DNA of 64,000 nucleotides from an uncultured Acidobacteriota bacterium. Its GTDB lineage: Bacteria > Acidobacteriota > UBA6911. The translations under genes were made by a program, and so were the position numbers. The notes beneath the pieces are model-generated. The model saw only the letters and a program-made list of their open reading frames with translations, had not been told where the DNA came from and made no database searches. Where the stretch lies: NCBI GenBank assembly GCA_963827655.1, contig CAWHCF010000036.1:96001-160000 (forward strand), written 5' to 3'. Of the stretch, positions 52,087-62,812 are shown piece by piece (the first letter of the stretch is position 1; each line of letters begins with the position of its first letter).

Positions 52087-52809
52087 ATGAAGGTACTCAG
52101 CTTCGGCTCAGCCGCCGGAGTTCAGCGTCTGGCTGGCTTAATTGTCTTCGCCGTAGCACTCTTTGGATGTGTGCTGGCGGTGGCGCAGGCCCAGGAGCCG
52201 CCTGCCTGGGCTGATACATTTGTCTCCCGGCTTGAGGCGCTCGCGCTGATGCAGAGTCTCAATGTCGAGATTCTCAGCAGCTCGAGCGCCACACTGAGTC
52301 TCGAGAAGTGGTGCCGCGATCACAGGCTTGCCGAAGAGCCCAAGATTGTCGCACGCCTGATCAGAGGTGTCGACAAGGCGCCCACCGCCGAGCAGCGGCG
52401 ACGGCTTCAGATCACAGGCCGGGAACCAGTGAAATATCGGAGAGTGCAGCTCCGATGCGGCAACCAGGTCCTATCCGAGGCCGAGAATTGGTACGTGCCG
52501 AGCCGGCTGACCGCGGAGATGAACCGACTCCTCGAGACGACCGACACCCCATTCGGAAAGGCCATACAACCGCTCGAGCCATATCGACAAAACCTTGCCG
52601 TCAAGATACTCTGGTCGCCGCTGCCCGATGGCTGGGCGCGCGATTCAAGCCGCAGGTCAACTGACGTCACAACCGACGCGCTCGCGATCCCCGACGCACT
52701 ATTCGAACACCGCGCGATACTTTACACCCGTAAGCACAAACCTTTTTCTGAAGTCCACGAGGTCTACCAGCGGCAGATTCTGGCATTCCCCCAGCCCCGA
52801 CCGTACTGA
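52087..52809 (+). CDS. Secreted protein, possible chorismate-lyase/UTRA-like fold
   Basis: Signal peptide; SATLSLEKWC, YRRVQLRCG..LSEAENWYVP, TDTPFG, EVHEVY. Confidence 0.6.
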   Translation: MKVLSFGSAAGVQRLAGLIVFAVALFGCVLAVAQAQEPPAWADTFVSRLEALALMQSLNVEILSSSSATLSLEKWCRDHRLAEEPKIVARLIRGVDKAPTAEQRRRLQITGREPVKYRRVQLRCGNQVLSEAENWYVPSRLTAEMNRLLETTDTPFGKAIQPLEPYRQNLAVKILWSPLPDGWARDSSRRSTDVTTDALAIPDALFEHRAILYTRKHKPFSEVHEVYQRQILAFPQPRPY

Positions 52810-52844
52810 GACGGGGCGAGGTCGAGCAGACCATATCTCCCCCT

Positions 52845-52923
52845 TCTTGGTGTTTTCTTCGTGTCTTCGTGTCTTGGTGGTAGAGCTGCCTAACAGATAC
52901 CACTAAGACTCGAAGACACGAAG
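52845..52923. repeat. Complete REPIN-like repeat (spacer S1)
   Basis: tcttggtgttttcttcgtgtcttcgtgtcttggtggtagagctgcctaacagataccactaagactcgaagacacgaag, between convergent genes. Confidence 0.9.
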
Positions 52924-52928
52924 CGGAA

Positions 52929-55900
52929 CTACCATTCGAGCCGGAGGCTGGCGCGGAACGCGCGGGGCCCCGACGCGTCGAGGTTCGAGACGCCTCCGAC
53001 ACCGCTGATCACGCCGACCTGTGCCGCCGATGTGATGGACGTGTTCGGGTTCGCCCAGTTGGGATGGTTGAAGAAGTTGGTCGAGGTCAGGTCGGCCCGC
53101 AGCCGCATGCTCTCTCCGAGAGAGAAGCTCTTGCCGAACCCGACATCAACGATGTTCGACCCGGGCCCCTTGATGACGCCCTTCGCGGAAGATCCGTAGA
53201 AGCCGGGTGTCGGCGCCGCGAACGCGGTTGGATCGAACCAGCGGCTCCGTCGTGCGCTCATCGGACGGGAGGTTCGGGTCGTGGAGCTGGTTGGGCCGGA
53301 TCGTGACATTCGCCGGAGTGCCGCTCGAGGTGAATGCCGTCCCGGTCGGGTCGGGGCCGGTCCAGAGGGGGGTCAGGAACTGACCCGAGTAGTACTGGTA
53401 AACCGTCGAGATGTCCCAGCCGCCGGCGATGGCCCGAACGACCGGGTGGGCGTCCGAAAGGTAACGCTGTCCCTTACCGAAGGGAAGCTCGTAAATCAGG
53501 TAACCCGTGGTCCGGTGTGTAGGGATGTCGAGCCAGACGGAACGCTCGCGAGCGCGGTCATACGCGTTCTCAGGCGTCTCGGCCCGCTCCAGGTCGCCGA
53601 TGTCGCGCGCCCAAACCCAGGAAAGCTGGTAGGCCAGACCCTTGGCGAAGCGGCGATCCATCTCGAGCGTCATCGAGTGGTACTGGTGCCCGGCGCCGTT
53701 GGTGAAGTAGTTGATGCCGGGGTAGTTCGGGAAGAGCCGCGGCTTGTCGATGTAGCGGCGGGCGTCAGGCAGGGGCTGGTTGATGTTATAGCCCCACTCC
53801 CCCTGGCGCGTGTTGGTGCTGATATACGAGGCGCGGAATCCGGTCGACCAGCGCTGGTGCTCGATGGTGAAGTTGTACTGCATGGAGTAGGGTGTGCGCA
53901 GATCCCGGCGCACAGCCTGCGGGAGCGTGACGGTCGCGGGCCCGCCGGAGCTCGCGGGGTAGACACGGGGGAAGATCACCGTGGGAGCGTTCGCGGGGTT
54001 CGTGAACGAAGGTTCGTTGACCAGGAAAGGCACCGGGGCCGTTCCGCCGCCCAGCGAGCGCGGGATGATGTCGTAGAAGATCCCGTAGCCGGCGCGGAGC
54101 ACCGTGGAGTTGCCCCACGGCCGGTAGGCGATACCGATCCGGGGCGCAAAGTTGTTGATGTCGGTGTCCACGAGGCCTTTGCCGGAATACCCCGCCTGGC
54201 TGGCTTCGACCACGTCGACGTAGCCCCGCGGCATGAGCGGGCTGATGTTCCCCGACGTGCCGTCGGGGATCACGATCTTGCCCGAGTCGACATCAAAGAT
54301 CGCCGTCAAGCCGTTGGATTCGATCCAGGTCGGGTGCAGCTCCCAGCGGAGCCCGACGTTGATCGTCAGGTTGGGCCGGAACTTGTAGTCATCGGTCACG
54401 AAGAGATCGTAGCCCCACCGGACGCGGTCGACGCGGATGGGCGGGAACGCGCGGTTCGAGGTGGTCGGGATCCCGAGAAGGAAGTCAGCGTAGGGAAAAC
54501 CTGTGAATCGGTTCGAGAAGTTGACATTGCCGAAGAGGTTGGCCGATGCCTGGTCGTCCGAGAATCGCACTCGGTTGACCAGCAACCCCGCCTTGACATT
54601 GTGACGGCCGTGAGTCCAGGAGAATTGATCCTGATACTGGTGAACGAAGTTGAGAAAGCCGGGATGGCGCCATTCGGTCTGGGTGATGCTCGTCAGCCCC
54701 AGGCCGGAAAAGCTCAGGTTCAGGACCCCGTTGATGTCGGGCAGGTTATCGGCCAGGCCGACGAGTCCCAGTTCGCTGACGACCTCCTTGCCCAGCAAGG
54801 GCCCGTTGCGCGGGTTGTCGTTGTATGTGATCCCGAACCGGGCCTCGTTGATCATGGTCGAGCTTAGCGTATGGGTGTAGCTGGCGTTGAAGTTCCGTGT
54901 GTCGCGAGTCTGCCAGCGCTGGCCGATCGTCGGCAGGTTCGCCTCGTAGTCGCGGCTGTGGCCTTGATTCCAGGTCCAGCGGGCCAGGAGGAACGAATTC
55001 GGCGTGAAGCGGTGATCCCCGCGGATCGTGTAGTAAGTCGCCGGGTCGAAGGAGCGCGACTTCTGCTCGCGATAGTTCTGGCTCACCAGGCGCGACGTGT
55101 CGCCGAAGTTGGGCAGCGGGTAGAAGCGCTCCTGGATCTTCTTCGAGACCGGGTTGATCATCGAGTCGGGGATACGGTTGCCAGCGAACGCGGTGCCGGT
55201 GAATGGATCGCGGATGGTTCCCGCCGCCTGGTCGGAGAAATCTCCGGCGCGCCAGGATGCGAGCGGGACGGTCGGGTTCAGGAGCTGCTGGACCACGCTG
55301 CCGCGCGACGTCTCGAACGAGCCGAAGAAGAACGTCCGGTCGCGGCCGTTGTAGAGCCCCGGGATGATAACAGGGCCGCCGGCGGCCACACCGGGCCAGT
55401 GCCGCACGCCCGAGCCGCGCTCGGCAGCAAACGGATTGCGCGCGCGGAAGAAGGGCGTCTGGTAGTAGTCAAAGACACTCCCGTGGAACTCGTTCGAGCC
55501 CGACTTCGATATGATCGTGACCTGGCCGATCGAGCCATACTCAGCCGTGTTGTTGGCCATGTCGACCCGGAATTCCTGAAAGCTGTCTACATACGAAACC
55601 AGAGGGCTGATCTGGGTGCCGTCCTGGCCATTACTGACTGTGATGCCGTCGATTGAGGCGTCGGATTGATTTGCGCGACTGCCGGCGAAGCGGCGCGTGG
55701 AAGAGCCGGCGCCGGCCTGGACGACCCCGGGGGTCAGGCTCAGGTAGGTCCAGAGATCGCGCGTATTGAGCGGGAGAACCTTGATCGAATAGGCGTCCTT
55801 GGCATCGCTGATCCGGGCCGTCTCGGTTTCGATGAGGGTGGCGCCGGCCGAGACCTCGATGGTCGTCTCGGGTTGTCCGATTTCGAGGCGCACATCGATG

Positions 55901-56211
55901 CGCCTCAAGTCGTTCGCGACCAGCTGGATGTTCTGGACGACGAACTCCTTGAAGCCGGGCATCTCGATGCGGAGGACGTAATCCCCTTCGCGCAGCTGCG
56001 CGAGCGTGTAGGCGCCCACCTGATTGGTCACGGTGGTGTATTTGTAGTTGCTCTTGACGTGGGTCGCTTCGACTGCAGCGCCGGGTACGACGCCGCCCGC
56101 GCTGTCGTTGACGATGCCTGTCATGGTCGCGAAGGTCGTCTGCGCAGCGAGGGGGAGGACGGCCAGGCAAGCCAAAACAAGGACTACAATTGAGAAACGC
56201 ACGAATTGCAT
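52929..56211 (-). CDS. TonB-dependent receptor, Oar-like, frameshift near 53250
   Basis: SGSNEFHG, NNFAPRIG; C-terminus NFFNHPNW...ASLRLEW in ORF 52929-53309. Confidence 0.88.
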
Positions 56212-56292
56212 AGGAAACCTCCGGGTTTGGCATCACACTAACAGAAGAGCCGGAGCCAAGTCAACGCCGCCCTATAGGCTTGGGCTCAGTGT

Positions 56293-56448
56293 GCGCAAGG
56301 TTCTTGGCGTTCTTCGAGTCTTCGTATTACACGCCGTAATCTCTTGGCAAGTTCTCGTATTCTTCGTGTCTTTGAGTCATAGTGGTATCTGTTAGACAGC
56401 TCTAACCACGAAGACACGAAGGCACGAAGAAACACGAAGAGCACTTTG
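56293..56448. repeat. Extra partial arm plus complete REPIN-like repeat (spacer S1)
   Basis: ttcttggcgttcttcgagtcttcg; then tcttcgtgtctttgagtcatagtggt-atctgttagacagctct-aaccacgaagacacgaaggcacgaagaaacacgaagagcactttg. Confidence 0.9.
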
Positions 56449-56517
56449 AAACTTTGCATCGCTTGTAATTGTATGGTTAGCTCGACCGAGTTCGTTCGTG
56501 GCATAAGGAGAGGTGAG

Positions 56518-57229
56518 ATGATCGATTATCGCATCATAGAGCAGCGGCTCTTCGAGGTCCTTGGCCTCCAGCGGCGTCCGGTCGCGGTCGCGTTCCGGGA
56601 GAGCGCTCCCGCCGGCATATCCAGGTTCACGGGAACGCAGCCCTCCGGGTGCAGCTTCTGGCGCATTGCTGCCGGGGGACAAACCTTTTATACAGTCCCG
56701 AGTGATCATTACAACTGCGCGATTGGCAGCTACACCCATAACCTGACCCTCCAGCAGGATCGCGCGCAGGAGCTCGATCAGACGCTGTCATTCATGACCG
56801 GGCTCGGGTACATCAAGATGGAGGAGGTTGCAAACATCCCGCGGCTGCCCCAGCCGCCGGGTGTCGTGATCTATGCGCCTCTCGCCGATGCGCCGGTCGA
56901 GCCGGACGTGGTGCTCTTTCCCGGGCCGGCCTGGACGCGTAATGCTGCTGCAGGAAGCCGCCTTGCGCGCCGGCGTCGGCGCGCAGGTTCCCCTGTTCGG
57001 GCGCCCCACCTGTATGGCGCTTCCTGCCGCCCTGGCCTACGGCGTCGTTGCCAGCACGGCGTGTATCGGAAACCGCGTCTACACCGACATGGCGGAGGAC
57101 GAACTGTACGTTGCAGTTCCTGGAAAGGACCTGCTCAGAATTGCCGAGGAGGCACAAACCATCGCCGGCGCCAACGCAGCGCTGTACGAATACCACCGCC
57201 AACGTCGGGAAACGCTGGCCACGGAGTGA
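56518..57229 (+). CDS. DUF169-like Cys-containing protein, frameshift near 56920
   Basis: PVAVAF, GCSFW, HYNCAIG, PDVVLF, RPTCMALP, ACIGNRVY; RBS AAGGAG. Confidence 0.75.
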
Positions 57230-57247
57230 TGGGTCCCCGTTAATATG

Positions 57248-57400
57248 CTTGGCGGTTCTTGGTGTCTTCGAGTCTTGGCGGTTAGTGGAAGCGCAGTTGT
57301 CGATGTGGAAGGAGAAACCCTGGGCGGCGCCATACTACCGGGCCGGGGTGAGTGGCGATATACCGTGCTTTTCCTGGCGTCTTCGTGTCTTGGCGGTCAG
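57248..57400. repeat. Two directly repeated REP arms
   Basis: ttcttggtgtcttcgagtcttggcggttag (57256) and ttcctggcgtcttcgtgtcttggcggtcag (57371). Confidence 0.8.
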
Positions 57401-57408
57401 TAGAACCT

Positions 57409-58743
57409 TTATGCGCGGCGAGACGCGCTTTGGACGCGATCGGCCGCCGGCTTCAGGATTTCCTTCAGCCGCTGGGCGATGATCTTCTCCTCTCCCGGTT
57501 TCAGCGTGTTGGATACGATCGAGATCAGACGTGACGGCTCGCTCGATTGCGGCTTCTCTTTGATTGGCGGAGGAGTGCTCGCCGGGCTCTGCTGGACCAT
57601 CTCGCGGCTCTGGCCCCCGACTACCTCGATCTGAGGCTCGCCGCGCCGCAGCGCTTCCACGACATCCTGCTTGGTCAGCCCGAATGCCTGCTCATCCCAC
57701 CGCACGGCCGCGTGGGGCACCTCGTTACCGATCTTGCGATAGTACATCTCGGCTTCGACGCCCGGGATGGTGGAGAGCGTCTTGACAATGTGCTGGATTC
57801 GCGATTCCCAAACACGGCAGTCAGCCTTGTAGTCGCGTTTCGAGGACCACTCGACCGCCGCAAGCACGCCGACGATCTCCTCTTTCCCCACCTTCATGGG
57901 CCGGCAGATCGAGCCTTCATAGGGCGAGCCGTTGCGCAGGGCGGCTTCGATAAGCCCCTTGCGGCCAAACAGGATCCCGCTGCACTGCGGGCCGAAGAGC
58001 CCTTTGCCGCCGCTTACGCAGAACATATCAGGCCCGAGGTTCGCCAGGAAGCGCAGGCGTTCAAACGGAGGACACATGGCTGCGGCGTCCAGCAGGAAAG
58101 GCACGCCTTTGCGCTTGCATACCGCGATGGCATCTTCCAGCTTCACCGGTCCGGAGTCGCCGTACTCGTACTCCATCATGGCGGTCTTCTGGTTGATGGC
58201 AGCTTCCAGTTCGGCGAGGCTTTTGACGACCACGAGCTTTGCGCCGGCCAGGGCGATGCTGCGATCCCAGACGCTTCGGTGGGTAAGGATTACCTCATTC
58301 TTGAGACCTTCGGTATCGGGCAGGCGGGAAATCTTCTCCGGATCGGTCCCGGCGATGCAGCCGGCCGTCGCCTGGGCGATGCACGCAGCCGATCCGCTGC
58401 ACACTACGGCGGCTTCGGTGCCGGCGAAGCCAGCCAGGCGGGCGCCCACTGCCTTTTGCAATTCCACGATCTCCACAAAGTGATCGGAGGCGCGCTCCAT
58501 GGCGCGATGAACTTCAGGCGGCATCAGAGTACTGGAATAAAAGGTCGCCACGCCTCGTCCGTTGATCAGCGTGCGTACCTTCAGTTCGGCGTAAATGCTT
58601 TCCGCAGCGGCACGGGTCTTGGTTCCCTCGCGCGCCGCTAGCGCCGCAGGCGCTCCCACGGAAGCCAGACCAGTGACGAACGGGCTCATTCCGGCGCCTT
58701 TCAAAAAGAGACGGCGACTCCAGTCAGATTTCTTTCTTTTCAT
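57409..58743 (-). CDS. SelA/DgaE-like PLP-dependent enzyme with Tat signal
   Basis: SRRLFLK; LINGRG, LLDAAA, SGGKGLFGPQCSG, RPMKVGKEEI. Confidence 0.82.
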   Translation of the reverse strand: MKRKKSDWSRRLFLKGAGMSPFVTGLASVGAPAALAAREGTKTRAAAESIYAELKVRTLINGRGVATFYSSTLMPPEVHRAMERASDHFVEIVELQKAVGARLAGFAGTEAAVVCSGSAACIAQATAGCIAGTDPEKISRLPDTEGLKNEVILTHRSVWDRSIALAGAKLVVVKSLAELEAAINQKTAMMEYEYGDSGPVKLEDAIAVCKRKGVPFLLDAAAMCPPFERLRFLANLGPDMFCVSGGKGLFGPQCSGILFGRKGLIEAALRNGSPYEGSICRPMKVGKEEIVGVLAAVEWSSKRDYKADCRVWESRIQHIVKTLSTIPGVEAEMYYRKIGNEVPHAAVRWDEQAFGLTKQDVVEALRRGEPQIEVVGGQSREMVQQSPASTPPPIKEKPQSSEPSRLISIVSNTLKPGEEKIIAQRLKEILKPAADRVQSASRRA

Positions 58744-58784
58744 AGCGGCCTCCCCAACCGGGCGGATTATACACCTATGGTACA

Positions 58785-58854
58785 GATTCTTGGTGTTTCT
58801 TCGTGTCTTTGTGTCCTGGTGGTATTTGTTTCGCATCCCTGACCACGAGGACGC
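58785..58854. repeat. REPIN-like repeat, spacer S2, right arm truncated
   Basis: gattcttggtgtttcttcgtgtctttgtgtcctggtggtatttgtttcgcatccctgaccacgaggacgc. Confidence 0.88.
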
Positions 58855-58921
58855 CGTGATTGCGCGCTTTACCGGGCAAGCTGTATGATGAGCCCAGCGA
58901 AAACCCTCCGGGAGGAAAGAT

Positions 58922-61900
58922 ATGCCTATCACCAGGATCCTATTGCCGTCCGTTGTGGTGTGTTTTCTCGTGGTCCCCGCTGTCCTTGCCCAGACCTCGA
59001 CAGGTGCCATCCATGGGGTCGTGAAAGACGCCAGCGGCGCGATTGTGGCCGGCGTAAAGCTGACCTTGACGGACCAGGCGACAAACCAGACGCGCGAACA
59101 GATTTCAGGTTCAGAGGGAAATTTCGAGTTCCGAGCGCTGCCGCACGGAGTCTACTCGCTCGCGGCGGAACAGCCGGGTTTCAAGAAGGAGGTCATCACC
59201 GGCATCCTCTTGCAGGTGGCGCAAACCCATCGCGTGGATGTCGCGCTGGCAGTGGGCGCAGTCACCGAATCGGTGGAGGTGGTGAGCAGTGCCGGGTTGT
59301 TGCAGGCTTCCGAGCCCACCCTTTCCCAGGTGATTGACCAGAAACGAGTCCTGGAACTTCCTCTCAACGGCCGGAATTTCATGGGGCTGGTCCACCTGTC
59401 AGCCGGAGTGATCACCAGCGGCAGAGCCAGCGCCACCCAGCGGCAAGCCAACTACGGGGCCGGATTCTCCGTCGGAGGACAGCGGGAAACCTCGAACGTG
59501 GTGCTCCTGGACGGACTGGAGATCAGCGGCCAGGAGATCATGAACTATCCGCTGGCCGTCCCCTCGCTCGAGTCCGTGGCCGAGTTCCGGGTCCAGACGT
59601 CCAACTACACGGCGGAGTTCGGCGGTAACAGCGGAGCTGTCATCAACGTGGCTTCCCAGAGGGGCACGAACGAGTTCCATGGGGACCTGTTCGAGTTTCT
59701 GCGCAACGACGCGCTTGACGCGCGGAATTTTTTCAGCCCGAGCCCCGTGCCTCTGAAGCGGAACCAGTTTGGGTTCACATTGACCGGTCCGGTCCTATTG
59801 CCGAAAATCTACAATGGCAAGGATCGAACCTTCTTTCTCTACAGCCACGAGTGGATCCGCCAGCGCAACGCGATCAGCAGCACGGCGCTGGTCCCGACCG
59901 CCGCCGAACGCGCGGGAGATTTCAGCTTCGTGCAACAGGCGGGATTCGCCATTGTCGATCCCTTCAGCAAACAACCATTTCCTAACAATATCATCCCGCG
60001 GAACCGCATCAATCCGGTAGGACAGGCGTTGCTCAACATGTACCCGGAACCCAATAGCGCGGACCCCGCGCGCAACTATGTCGGCAATCCGCGACGGATC
60101 ATTGACAACGCCATCCCCACGGTGCGGATCGATCACCGGTTGAGTTCGCGCGACAGCCTGTTCGGACGTATTACCCTCAACTCTCCTTTGGACCGGAGTC
60201 CGGGGCAGGCCTTCACCCAATCGTTTCCGGGCTTTGACGCCATTCAGGATGATCTCAACCTGCAGAGTTCCATCGGGCTGACCCACACCTTCAGCCCAAC
60301 GGTCTTGAACGAAACGTTGATCGGGTACGTGCGGTTCAGTCGAGATCGGGTCTCGCAGGACGCCGGACAGCGCAACTGGGTTGAGGAACTGGGCATTCGC
60401 GGCTTTTCCCCTGAGGAGCTGGCGTGGGGGGCGCCTTCAATCACTCCCACAGGCTATCCGGAAGTGGGCTATTCCACCAACAATGCGGTATTAAGGTGGA
60501 TCACACAGTCCATGCAACTGTCGGACAACCTATCGATCGTTCGCAGCAAGCACACGGTCAAGCTGGGTTTCAGTTTGCAGAGCAAACGCCTCAGCCAATT
60601 GCAGCTATCCAATCCCAACGGCGCCTACGGCTTTTCCGGCATGTTCTCGGCCCCTCCGCCGGTGACGACCACAACCCGCTTCCACTCCATCGCCGATCTG
60701 TTGCTGGGATATCCCTCGTTTTTTCGGGTCACTACCCAGGCGCGAACGCCGGATCTGATTTACAAAAACGTCGGCGCGTACTTTCAGGACGACTGGCGGG
60801 TCACGACGGATTTGACGCTCAATCTGGGGATCCGCTGGGAATATTCGGGCCGACCGGTAGACCGCTATGATCGCATCGCCAGCTTCGACCTGGCGACCGG
60901 CCGGCAGTTGTTCGCCGGCCGCGACGGCGTGCCCCGCAGCCTGGCCGACCAGGACTACAACAACTGGGCGCCGAGGATCGGATTTGCCTGGCGGGTCGGG
61001 GGAAGCAATCGGCTGTCGTTGCGCGGAGGCTATGGTCTTTTCTATTCGCCGTCCTTCGGGCTGAGCTGGCGGCAACAGGCGTTCCAGGATCCCTTCGGGC
61101 AATCGTACGACCGGGTGGTGCGCCCGGCCGACCCGAGCAATCCGCTGCCCATTTTCTCGGTGGAGGATCCTCTGGCGGACTTGACCCAGCAGGTCTTCCT
61201 GGACCGCTGGGGGGTCGAGCGCAAGTTTCGCGACGGGTACGTCGGGCAGTGGAATCTGACGGTTCAGTACCTGATCACGAGCAACACGCTGCTCGAACTG
61301 GCTTACCACGGGTCGAAGAGCACTCGCTTGCCGAGCCGCTTGAACTATAATCAGACCGATCCTTTCCCACCGCAACCGCCTGATTTTCGCCTGATCTTTC
61401 CCTATCCGACCCTGGGACCCGTATCCATACTGGAATCTCGTGGAGCGGCCAACCACAACGCGCTCCAGGGGCGCCTGGAACGGCGCTTCGTCGATGGCTT
61501 CACGCTTCTGGCCTCCTATACCTGGCAGAAGACCCTTGCCGACATCGACGCCAGCGATGGGGGCGTGGCCAACGGGGCCGGCCCCTTCGGGCCGCAAACC
61601 ATTACCAACCTGAAAGCCAACAAAGGACCTTCGGTCTTTGACCGCCCCCATCGTCTGGCCTTGAGCAGCCTGTACGAGCTGCCCATCTTCAGGGGCAGGG
61701 GAGGATGGGCGGAGACTGTCCTGGGGGGCTGGCAAATCGGCGCCATCGCCCTGTTCGAGTCCGGCGCGTACCTGACACCTGGCGTTTTCGGAGTTCAATT
61801 CACCGGATCGCGTCCCAATCTATTGGGCAACCCGAATCTGCCGCGCGGCGAGCGCTCCATCGACCGCTGGTTCGACGTCAGCATGCTGGCTAACCCGGCT

Positions 61901-62314
61901 CCCGGACAACTGGGCAACGCCGGCAAGGGAACGATCCAGGGCAGCGGGCACAACAAGTGGGACCTCACCATCCAGAAGAATTTCAAAATCACGGAGACCC
62001 AGAGGATCGAATTTCGCACCGAGTTTTTCAACGCGTTTAACCATCCCCAATTTGACGACCCGATTCTCTTCCCCGGGACCCATCCGCAGGCCGGCAGGGT
62101 CACCTCGGCCAGCGATTTTGGATTCAGCCAGACGGAGCGGGTCATCCAGTTCGGACTGAAGTATCTTTTTTATTCGAGTGGCTTTGGCGCGCAAAGATTC
62201 TTGGTGTCCTTAGTGGTCTTCGTGGTTAGCGCAGCGAAACAAATACCACCACGAAGACACGAAGAAACACCAAGAACGCGCTGGGTGCAATTCCGGGGAT
62301 ATGCCATTTCCTGA
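58922..62314 (+). CDS. TonB-dependent receptor, Oar-like; expected end near 62173
   Basis: [39 protein letters not shown] followed by a repeat-derived tail. Confidence 0.88.
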   Translation: MPITRILLPSVVVCFLVVPAVLAQTSTGAIHGVVKDASGAIVAGVKLTLTDQATNQTREQISGSEGNFEFRALPHGVYSLAAEQPGFKKEVITGILLQVAQTHRVDVALAVGAVTESVEVVSSAGLLQASEPTLSQVIDQKRVLELPLNGRNFMGLVHLSAGVITSGRASATQRQANYGAGFSVGGQRETSNVVLLDGLEISGQEIMNYPLAVPSLESVAEFRVQTSNYTAEFGGNSGAVINVASQRGTNEFHGDLFEFLRNDALDARNFFSPSPVPLKRNQFGFTLTGPVLLPKIYNGKDRTFFLYSHEWIRQRNAISSTALVPTAAERAGDFSFVQQAGFAIVDPFSKQPFPNNIIPRNRINPVGQALLNMYPEPNSADPARNYVGNPRRIIDNAIPTVRIDHRLSSRDSLFGRITLNSPLDRSPGQAFTQSFPGFDAIQDDLNLQSSIGLTHTFSPTVLNETLIGYVRFSRDRVSQDAGQRNWVEELGIRGFSPEELAWGAPSITPTGYPEVGYSTNNAVLRWITQSMQLSDNLSIVRSKHTVKLGFSLQSKRLSQLQLSNPNGAYGFSGMFSAPPPVTTTTRFHSIADLLLGYPSFFRVTTQARTPDLIYKNVGAYFQDDWRVTTDLTLNLGIRWEYSGRPVDRYDRIASFDLATGRQLFAGRDGVPRSLADQDYNNWAPRIGFAWRVGGSNRLSLRGGYGLFYSPSFGLSWRQQAFQDPFGQSYDRVVRPADPSNPLPIFSVEDPLADLTQQVFLDRWGVERKFRDGYVGQWNLTVQYLITSNTLLELAYHGSKSTRLPSRLNYNQTDPFPPQPPDFRLIFPYPTLGPVSILESRGAANHNALQGRLERRFVDGFTLLASYTWQKTLADIDASDGGVANGAGPFGPQTITNLKANKGPSVFDRPHRLALSSLYELPIFRGRGGWAETVLGGWQIGAIALFESGAYLTPGVFGVQFTGSRPNLLGNPNLPRGERSIDRWFDVSMLANPAPGQLGNAGKGTIQGSGHNKWDLTIQKNFKITETQRIEFRTEFFNAFNHPQFDDPILFPGTHPQAGRVTSASDFGFSQTERVIQFGLKYLFYSSGFGAQRFLVSLVVFVVSAAKQIPPRRHEETPRTRWVQFRGYAIS
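62190..62276. repeat. Complete REPIN-like repeat (spacer S2, reverse orientation)
   Basis: gattcttggtgtccttagtggtcttcgtggttagcgcagcgaaacaaataccaccacgaagacacgaagaaacaccaagaa. Confidence 0.9.
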
Positions 62315-62358
62315 GTCATGGTACAATCCCCTTAATGAATAATCCTTCAGGGTGGCAT

Positions 62359-62607
62359 ATGAGCGTCATGAGCACCAGAATTACGCAAGGGGGGCGAGTG
62401 GTTATACCTGCGGAATTTCGCCGCGCGCTGGGACTCGAAGAGGGAGACGAAGTGATCCTCAGGCTGGTCGATAGTGAGTTACGCATTACGGGACGCTCGG
62501 AGGCAATCAGGAAAGCGCAGGCGGTAGTCAGGAAGCATGTCCGAAGAGGCAAATCCTTGGTTCAGGAACTGATCCGGGAGCGCCGCCGGGAGGCTGCCCG
62601 TGAGTAA
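62359..62607 (+). CDS. AbrB/MazE/SpoVT-family antitoxin
   Basis: [22 protein letters not shown]...[14 protein letters not shown]; upstream TACAAT and ATATGCCA/TGGCATAT inverted repeat. Confidence 0.88.
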   Translation: MSVMSTRITQGGRVVIPAEFRRALGLEEGDEVILRLVDSELRITGRSEAIRKAQAVVRKHVRRGKSLVQELIRERRREAARE

Positions 62608-62746
62608 GTACGTGCTGGACGCGCCAGCCTGGAATTGCTCAACGCTGGAGAGTAGATTCCGTTCGATGCCGAAATGGCCTGGTGACACGTGCTGCGTGTC
62701 GAAACTGTCGATGAAAACAGGCATCAGCGTCGAGGTCCTCCGATGA
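62600..62746 (+). pseudogene. VapC PIN toxin remnant
   Basis: MSKYVLDA start overlaps the antitoxin stop; IPFDAEMA in a shifted frame; ends GISVEVLR; only 147 bp. Confidence 0.68.
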
Positions 62747-62768
62747 GTTGGCGAGCTCCGGCAGGCGC

Positions 62769-62803
62769 CCTGGTGTTTCCTGGCGCCTTCGTGTCTTAGC
62801 GGT
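62769..62803. repeat. Lone REP arm
   Basis: cctggtgtttcctggcgccttcgtgtcttagcggt. Confidence 0.75.
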
Positions 62804-62812
62804 CGGGTTTGT

